From IMG/VR virus record IMGVR_UViG_3300025009_000054, positions 78,705 to 142,704 of that record: a DNA stretch of 64,000 nucleotides, one strand, 5' to 3'. Within the stretch, counting starts at the first letter, position 1; the number at the start of each line of letters is the position of its first letter. A program made the translations under genes and the position numbers. The DNA is from a virus. Below the pieces are notes generated by a model, which saw nothing but the letters and a program-made list of their open reading frames with translations, was not told the DNA's origin and ran no database searches. Below are positions 57,997 to 64,000 of this stretch, in pieces.

Positions 57997-59172
57997 CTAT
58001 AGTATATCTCGTTCAGGTCTAACAGCAACACCTACCGCAAATTGAGGGATACCGTCTTTAGTAAGGTCTTGATATCTCACCGTAAGCCACTTACCGACAT
58101 AGTTATCGGAGTGTGCGCGGAAATCGTGCCATATTCTTTGTCTTTCGGTGAGTTCACCCTCAGGATTCACGGTAAATGTGACGCCCGATGTAGTCATGCA
58201 GACGTACATGGCACACTCGGCGTGACTTCCAGTACCGTTCGTCACATCGATTATCCTAAACTCACCATCTTTAAAGTCCTTAAGTTTCTGGAGCTCTGCC
58301 ACACGATGGCCGAATTTATATTGCCCATCATATGACCGAATGATAGTACCCTCGAATCCCCACTTGGTAAACCGTGAGTGATACATCATGACGTCAGCTT
58401 CATCTTGACAGAGGTATGTTGGTACACGTCGAATACTACCTGGTGCTACAATACTGGCAAACATGTTATCGAGCCGTATATTACGTTGATAAAATGGATC
58501 ATTTTCATCCATAGTATCAAATATCCAGTACTGTAGGTTACTACTAGCGTACTCACTATCGTCAGGGTAGTACTTACTGATTGCGTGAGACGTATCCTGC
58601 AATAGTCTAAACTTTGGTATTGGGTCATTCTCTGTACCGCGAACCGTCAATAATAATTCACCATCGGTAGGAGCACCACCAAGTATATGTGCTTTCATCG
58701 GTATATGCTGTACAACCTCTGGTATGTGTGGTAGACCAGTCCTTGTCCACCAATCATCACCATCAGTACCAGCTCGTTCACCGTTCAGCTTAGGTTGTGC
58801 CCAACATGGGTATTTTACACGATGTTTTGCATCGGTAAACTTGAGAGCCTTCATAGCTAGCGGTTTACCGGAATATACTTCGCCTTCACCAACGTAGCTC
58901 TCATCACGTTTCTTTTTCATACGTGAGTTCATTTCAGATAATGCCTGATCATGCGGTGTTGTCTCATTAGCCTTACCAATATTCTTTGGTATCGCCATTT
59001 TAGGTATACTCGATACCATCTTCGAATATCCAACACCACCAGAAAGTTCTGACCAAGTAGTTGTGGTCACGTAACAGTTCTCACCATCAGTAACCACCTG
59101 ACCCATCCAATATTGATTAAGACCACTCACGTTCTTCTTATGCAGGATTGGTGTTTCATTCAGGATCTGCAT
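57997..59172 (-). CDS. ATP-dependent DNA ligase
   Basis: QPKLNGER (adenylated Lys), DGEL, IFD, EGTIIR, LQKLK, LTVRYQDLTKDGIP; start re-called at ATG 59172 (GGAGG). Confidence 0.93.
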   Translation of the reverse strand: MQILNETPILHKKNVSGLNQYWMGQVVTDGENCYVTTTTWSELSGGVGYSKMVSSIPKMAIPKNIGKANETTPHDQALSEMNSRMKKKRDESYVGEGEVYSGKPLAMKALKFTDAKHRVKYPCWAQPKLNGERAGTDGDDWWTRTGLPHIPEVVQHIPMKAHILGGAPTDGELLLTVRGTENDPIPKFRLLQDTSHAISKYYPDDSEYASSNLQYWIFDTMDENDPFYQRNIRLDNMFASIVAPGSIRRVPTYLCQDEADVMMYHSRFTKWGFEGTIIRSYDGQYKFGHRVAELQKLKDFKDGEFRIIDVTNGTGSHAECAMYVCMTTSGVTFTVNPEGELTERQRIWHDFRAHSDNYVGKWLTVRYQDLTKDGIPQFAVGVAVRPERDIL

Positions 59173-59740
59173 CACTACCTCCAATATCCTCTGTACCAAC
59201 AGGCACGTTGATCTCCTGCTCGTCCACTTCTAATTCATCGGAGAACATTCTGAGCATTTGCCCAAGTCTTATTACAGCATCAAGGTGTGGAAACCATATA
59301 TTTAATTCACGATCAGCCGATTCAACAGAATCTGATGCGTGAATTAAATTTTTTGGCAACTCGCCACCAAAATCCCCACGAATTGTACCCTTTTCCGCTT
59401 TAGACGGATCCTTGTTACCTATCATATCGCGTACCACCTGTACGCAATTCTCGCCCTCGACTGCCAATAGGAGTAATGCACCGGACATCATATGATCTAT
59501 GTTACGCTGGTAGAAATCTTTACCCTCATGCTCAGCGTAGAGTTCTTTCAGAGCTTTTAGTATTTTGCCATTTTCATCGTGTGTGGGGTCTATCATGGCA
59601 TAGTGCAGACACCCTATACCAGCATTTTTGAATCGATCCATAATTTGATCTGCAGTACATGGATCGATTCCAGCCTTGATATCTTCATTACTTCTCTCTA
59701 ACGCGTCCGGTTTTAGTATTATTAACGTTCTCTGAATCAC
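59156..59740 (-). CDS. ndk: Nucleoside diphosphate kinase
   Basis: RTLIILKPDA, YAEH, MMSG, GTIRGDFG, NLIHASDS (phospho-His). Confidence 0.95.
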   Translation of the reverse strand: MIQRTLIILKPDALERSNEDIKAGIDPCTADQIMDRFKNAGIGCLHYAMIDPTHDENGKILKALKELYAEHEGKDFYQRNIDHMMSGALLLLAVEGENCVQVVRDMIGNKDPSKAEKGTIRGDFGGELPKNLIHASDSVESADRELNIWFPHLDAVIRLGQMLRMFSDELEVDEQEINVPVGTEDIGGSDADPE

Positions 59741-59764
59741 TGACTTCTCCTTATATTTATTATA

Positions 59765-60226
59765 CTACACAGGCTCTATATCGTCGTCTAGTACTACTAT
59801 CTCTAGATTAGACATCTTCATTAGCTCTACCGAGAATTCGTCTGGGTATGGATTCCAATACACCAGTCTCGATATTCCGGCATTTATCATAAGTCGTAAG
59901 CACATGGAACACGGCTGTCCGTTGACATAAAGAGTCGCCCCTTTTATCGAAATACCATGCAATGCCGCTTGAGCGATAGCATTCGTCTCCGCGTGTACTG
60001 CCATACACATCTCTTGACGTGTTCCAGAGACAATTCCAAGGTCATTACGCATGCACCCATGTTCATCGCAATTCTTGAATCCAACTGGTGAGCCGTTATA
60101 TCCGGTACATAGTATACGGCGATCCTTAACTATGACAGCTCCGAAGTGGTGACGTTTACAAGTTGATCTACTTGCAACTACCTCAACAATATTACGGAAA
60201 TAATTGTCAAATGATGGTCTTTGCAT
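59765..60226 (-). CDS. dCMP deaminase
   Basis: RSTC, GAVIV, TGYNG, HAETNA, PCSMC; start re-called at ATG 60226 (AGGAGG). Confidence 0.93.
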   Translation of the reverse strand: MQRPSFDNYFRNIVEVVASRSTCKRHHFGAVIVKDRRILCTGYNGSPVGFKNCDEHGCMRNDLGIVSGTRQEMCMAVHAETNAIAQAALHGISIKGATLYVNGQPCSMCLRLMINAGISRLVYWNPYPDEFSVELMKMSNLEIVVLDDDIEPV

Positions 60227-60267
60227 TATGCCTCCTGTTTGATGTGGACTGCTAAATGTGGTGTGCA

Positions 60268-60328
60268 TGAGCGTGGGTGATAGGCCCCACGCTCACTGTG
60301 GCACAATGCTCGGAAACTCATCCGAGCA
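60268..60328. repeat. Two adjacent hairpins in the leader of the dCMP deaminase-ndk-ligase operon
   Basis: TGAGCGTGGG/CCCACGCTCA (60268-60295) and TGCTCGGA/TCCGAGCA (60307-60328). Confidence 0.6.
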
Positions 60329-60364
60329 ATCTATCGAAATATTGTATCCTATCATACGACGCAG

Positions 60365-60619
60365 CTACTTAATACTAATAGAAGCTTTATAACTTCGGCA
60401 CTTACCATTTGGGCTCATTGCCTTATTACCACGTACACGCTCCGGATTCGTATACACGTGGCATTGGCATTGTTTGTCATCGTCGCAATATACCTTATCG
60501 CAGGTGCTACACTCAGTAGGCCATGTGTCGGGTATAACGATCTTATCTGCTGTCATTGATATTCCTTCCATAAACTGTGGTGTGGAACCATAGGTAACTA
60601 GTCCCACACCACCATACAT
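60365..60619 (-). CDS. Small Cys-rich hypothetical protein
   Basis: CSTC, C..CQC, C; the real start may be MTADKI behind GGAAGG. Confidence 0.55.
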   Translation of the reverse strand: MYGGVGLVTYGSTPQFMEGISMTADKIVIPDTWPTECSTCDKVYCDDDKQCQCHVYTNPERVRGNKAMSPNGKCRSYKASISIK

Positions 60620-60624
60620 TACTA

Positions 60625-61689
60625 CTACTTTTTAGCCTTGATATTGAGGATGTCAGCCAGTATGTTTTTAGCTTCTGCTGTCACCTCTTGGATTTGACCA
60701 TGTCTAACTCCAGCAGTTTGGAGTGCTGCTTGCATCAAGCTATCGTATTTATATCCCAAATTTGGGTGTATAACCTCTAGGAGTGGTATAAGACTAGACT
60801 CAACGAATGTCTTAGTCCTGCTTACCTTGTCCTGAAGGTGCAATGCTTCATCTTCATATAGGTCGCGCTCTTCCTTAAGGGTAGATACCTGATGCTGTAG
60901 ACTTGACACCTTATGTCTCATTATGATGAGCTCGTCACGATACTCATTGCGCTCAATCTCTAGTGGTCCATAGTTAACGATAACTTCACCAGCATTCTGG
61001 AATGCTTCACCCAGTGCCTTCATCGCAGCCTCAGATGCCGATTTACGTATTTCTTGCATTGTAGATGTTACGCCATCACGTATTTCTTTGACAATAGACG
61101 CAACATCTACGATTGGAGCTATTGGTATAGGGATCTTAAGTTCATCCAAGTAATCATCTTCCATCTCAGGGATAACCATGTCGTCACTTACGATAACCGC
61201 AAACTCTTCTGTAGTTGCGGCTTCTTCTTGTATAGATTCCACTATGCTACTAACGATAACCTCTGGCGATTCTGATTCAACGACGTCTACAGGTAATTCC
61301 TGTTCGACAATAGTATCCTCAACAACAACTGGTGTTGTATCATTAAGGTTCTTCGCTTTCTTCATGTCATCTAATACAGCCTTAACACGCGCCACATCAT
61401 CATGGAACGCCTCTGTCGGTCCGTACTTGTTGAGCATATATGTACCGCTGGTACGACCCACTGGTCGCTGTATGACAGCAATAATTCTGTTTCTCTCTAG
61501 TTCATTCAGTATAGGCTCGTAATCGCTACCCAAATGAGCGTCTGTGGCCATCCTCTTGATGCTCGTTCTGAATGGATCGCCTATCGACTTTCCCATCTTA
61601 CGCATTTCATCTGTGAATGCCGCGTGTAGTCGATCGACTTGATCCATACGAAAGTCCATCGCTCTTTTTGCCTTTTGAGTTTCTGTCAT
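60625..61689 (-). CDS. Hypothetical protein (possible winged-helix N-terminus, acidic linker, coiled coil)
   Basis: GGAGG RBS; preceded by promoter copy C. Confidence 0.65.
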   Translation of the reverse strand: MTETQKAKRAMDFRMDQVDRLHAAFTDEMRKMGKSIGDPFRTSIKRMATDAHLGSDYEPILNELERNRIIAVIQRPVGRTSGTYMLNKYGPTEAFHDDVARVKAVLDDMKKAKNLNDTTPVVVEDTIVEQELPVDVVESESPEVIVSSIVESIQEEAATTEEFAVIVSDDMVIPEMEDDYLDELKIPIPIAPIVDVASIVKEIRDGVTSTMQEIRKSASEAAMKALGEAFQNAGEVIVNYGPLEIERNEYRDELIIMRHKVSSLQHQVSTLKEERDLYEDEALHLQDKVSRTKTFVESSLIPLLEVIHPNLGYKYDSLMQAALQTAGVRHGQIQEVTAEAKNILADILNIKAKK

Positions 61690-61752
61690 TGTACCACGCC
61701 TCCATCTTGTAATATCCTCCTATCAAGGAGAAGAGCATGTTCGCCCCTCAAG

Positions 61753-61785
61753 AGTGTAGACGCGTGAAGAGAGCTGAGCGGTGCC
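61753..61785 (-). promoter_or_regulatory. Putative phage-sigma promoter, copy C
   Basis: GGCACC-N17-CGTCTACACT on the minus strand. Confidence 0.7.
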
Positions 61786-61799
61786 GATTCTGGCAGAGT

Positions 61800-62729
61800 C
61801 TATTCGGAAGAACCTACCGTAGTTTTACTACCGTCCCATGGCATATTTACCCAGCAGCTAATTCGATTATTTGGGTCTACCATAAGCCTTGCAACAATAT
61901 CGCAGAATTCATTCCATAATGGCATATTTTCTGCAACCGCACCATCTACGATAGCGTTCCAGGTTACAGTACCAAAATCTTCCATATTATGGTAAGTATT
62001 TTCGTAACACTTCTTTATGAAGCCTACACTAGTGTCTCGTTCTACTTTCAGTTCATCGATAATGGCACCATACTTAGTAGATATATTTCTTATTGATGCT
62101 AGGTACCGTTGGTACTGAACCGAGGAATCACCAGATTTCTTACTATTTTCATAGCGAGTACTAGCAGAATTCATAAGTCTATTTTTCACGCCAATAGCTT
62201 TATTAATCTTAGTATCGATATGTCTGATCTTAGTGCTACTGGCAATATCTTTACTAATAGCACTTTCAATATTTTCGAGCCAATTCAGTTTAGCGCATTT
62301 TATACTACGACCTATATCAGAGGTGGTCCTACTGCGTATATTCGACATATGTATATATTTGGCATACGCCTCGTCTAGTTCCTTTCGTTCAGATCTGCTA
62401 AGTTTTTCATATCTAAACATACTCAAAACACTATGGCTACAATGCTGCCCATTGTTTCTTACCCATTCAAGAGTCTTTTCTATCGTGGAGAAAAGATTTT
62501 CATAGTATGCCGTGACCATATCATTTTCTTCCTGGTCTAATATGAACTCACTCCCTTCTAATCTCCATGATCTAACGATTAGTGAATACTGTATTTTCGC
62601 ACCAGCATCAGGTTTTAGTCCAAGTCTCGAAAGTATATCGTCGTGTGACGACATATGCGGAAATGTTACAATGCGATCATTAGAATGACTCTCTCTGAGT
62701 AGGATTATATTGCAATTACCAGAACACAT
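61800..62729 (-). CDS. Hypothetical helical protein
   Basis: 309 aa, AAGGAG RBS. Confidence 0.65.
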   Translation of the reverse strand: MCSGNCNIILLRESHSNDRIVTFPHMSSHDDILSRLGLKPDAGAKIQYSLIVRSWRLEGSEFILDQEENDMVTAYYENLFSTIEKTLEWVRNNGQHCSHSVLSMFRYEKLSRSERKELDEAYAKYIHMSNIRSRTTSDIGRSIKCAKLNWLENIESAISKDIASSTKIRHIDTKINKAIGVKNRLMNSASTRYENSKKSGDSSVQYQRYLASIRNISTKYGAIIDELKVERDTSVGFIKKCYENTYHNMEDFGTVTWNAIVDGAVAENMPLWNEFCDIVARLMVDPNNRISCWVNMPWDGSKTTVGSSE

Positions 62730-62748
62730 ATTTACTCCTTTCGTATAT

Positions 62749-62779
62749 ATTGTGGCTGAACGGTAAATTCAGCCACAAT
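62749..62779. terminator. 12-bp perfect hairpin
   Basis: ATTGTGGCTGAA-N7-TTCAGCCACAAT in an intergenic gap. Confidence 0.6.
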
Positions 62780-62796
62780 TTACCTAAAAGAATGCA

Positions 62797-63153
62797 TTAC
62801 GCATCATCGATACTAGGTAGCTCATCGATGTCTTCGATTAGACCACTATGTATTTCGTGGTGATGACTATCGATGTCATCGTCGACTTCAATCGTAGGAT
62901 TAGATCTCTGTCTCTTTCTATGACTTACTCTCTCCACACTTGCGCCATCATCGACTTTATACCACGGTCGTATCTGATATGTAAGTGGATTCTCTAAATC
63001 AGTGTCCCTCATGCGGATAATATCGCATGGTCCACTATACATAACAACGCAGCGAGAGTCGATTTTGGCGTACGACATGCTACACTTACATCTACGCTGT
63101 CTATCATTGATAGAGACGATATCCTTACACGATCTACACCTAAGCAGGTACAA
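62797..63153 (-). CDS. Small zinc-binding hypothetical protein
   Basis: CRSCKDIV...CKC; AGGAGG RBS. Confidence 0.6.
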   Translation of the reverse strand: MYLLRCRSCKDIVSINDRQRRCKCSMSYAKIDSRCVVMYSGPCDIIRMRDTDLENPLTYQIRPWYKVDDGASVERVSHRKRQRSNPTIEVDDDIDSHHHEIHSGLIEDIDELPSIDDA

Positions 63154-63156
63154 TGA

Positions 63157-64000
63157 TTACCCTCCTGATTTACGCTGCAATATGCACGCTTGGTTAATGG
63201 CACGCCTATTTGCTAGCTTTGTAATAGACTCCGTTAAATGTCTACCGATTAATACGTAGTCAGTGCCATCTGCCTGGTTTTTCTTATACAAGATCTGGTC
63301 TGCTGTGATAACTATCTCCCTAATCATCGACCCACTCGGTTCGCACAAGAGCTTATGTGCGAGTTCCGATGCATTCTTCAAGTCCATGAATGATATATCA
63401 TTCTGTTCTGGGAGATTTTTCTTGAGTATCATTGCAATAGCTTCTGGCGATGGCTGATCGAACGGACATATGAGGTCGAACCTGCCTGGTCTATCGCCAA
63501 GGGCAGCATCTAGCATACCATTCTCATTTGTTGTGGCAACCGTGATAATATCGATATTATCATCGACACCATCGAGTTGGTTGAGAAGTTCGCCAAGGAT
63601 AGCGTCCTTGGCTGACGCGTTCATATTACGCTTGCTTCCAATAAGGTCAAGGTCCTCAACTACCACCATGGTTGGAGCAAGTTGTCTTGCTAGATCGTAC
63701 GTAAACCTGACAGCATCTGGACCGTGGCTAGTTATATCTGGAGTTAATATGATTACTGTCCATGGGTATGCGTGGGTAAGTATAGTTGATGTAAGGGTTT
63801 TGCCAGTACCAGGTTTACCAACCAGCATCACCCCTCTTTTTCTCGGTAATCCCTTGGACTTAAGTTCATCGCTTCTCTCGATTACACTAACCGTATTGAG
63901 GATGATATCGTCGCGCATTGGTGTGGGTAATATTACATTATCCCATGTCATATCGCGTGGCTCTATGAACACAGGTTGCAGACCGTACCTACCGTACGTG
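63157..64000 (-). CDS. AAA+ ATPase (Cdc48/proteasome-like clade), 5' end beyond the window
   Basis: TWDNVIL, GKPGTGKT, VEDLD, LLNQLDG, TTN, DRPGRFD; the frame stays open to the window edge. Confidence 0.9.
   Translation of the reverse strand, partial: TYGRYGLQPVFIEPRDMTWDNVILPTPMRDDIILNTVSVIERSDELKSKGLPRKRGVMLVGKPGTGKTLTSTILTHAYPWTVIILTPDITSHGPDAVRFTYDLARQLAPTMVVVEDLDLIGSKRNMNASAKDAILGELLNQLDGVDDNIDIITVATTNENGMLDAALGDRPGRFDLICPFDQPSPEAIAMILKKNLPEQNDISFMDLKNASELAHKLLCEPSGSMIREIVITADQILYKKNQADGTDYVLIGRHLTESITKLANRRAINQACILQRKSGG

Noticed and set aside
907-63457. Numerous plus-strand ORFs in the track (for example 5709-6284, 17319-18014, 49395-50078, 54080-55075)
   Set aside because: They are antisense shadows of well-supported minus-strand genes, with no recognisable motifs; only 56097-56693 is accepted.
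1-64000. Stop-codon reassignment, tRNA/rRNA genes, CRISPR-Cas, diversity-generating retroelement, integrase
   Set aside because: Genes are intact and tightly packed in the standard code using all three stops. No cloverleaf, cas, reverse transcriptase or recombinase motifs were recognised by eye; a tRNAscan or Infernal run would be needed to exclude RNA genes fully.

Overview
A 64-kb, gene-dense internal segment of a large tailed dsDNA bacteriophage. It uses the standard genetic code and strong GGAGG-type Shine-Dalgarno sites, and essentially every real gene is on the minus strand. Read in the direction of transcription (right to left) it holds four modules. (i) An AAA+ ATPase, unknowns, dCMP deaminase, nucleoside diphosphate kinase, ATP-dependent DNA ligase and a CHAP lysin. 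(ii) A head module (intein-containing portal, protease/scaffold, decoration protein, HK97-type major capsid), then neck genes, two tail-tube-like paralogues, tail chaperones with a visible -1 frameshift, tape measure, tail-tip proteins and collagen-like fibres. (iii) A GT2-methyltransferase fusion, a stand-alone cyanophycin-synthetase N-domain-like protein and a phage sigma factor with a Cys-rich insert. (iv) A replication, recombination and nucleotide block: PurZ0-like synthetase, gp32-like SSB, RecA, resolvase, HNH, DNA methyltransferase, intein-split SF2 helicase, MazG-like protein, WGR-PARP, DnaD-like protein, family-4 UDG, DnaG-DnaB fusion, Nmad1/DUF1599, PurB and class II RNR. Top leads: (a) an apparently near self-contained 2-aminoadenine (Z-base) pathway, with a GTP-type PurZ0 plus phage-encoded PurB, NDK and two all-alpha pyrophosphatases; (b) a PARP3-like WGR-HD-catalytic ADP-ribosyltransferase with an intact H-Y-E triad and a coupled partner gene; (c) a sigma factor whose likely promoter (GRCACC-N17-CGTCTRCACT, three copies, one in front of its own gene) can be read directly from the DNA, plus a second candidate late motif (CTACTAT). 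All protein calls come from motif recognition; no database search was run, and the host cannot be determined.
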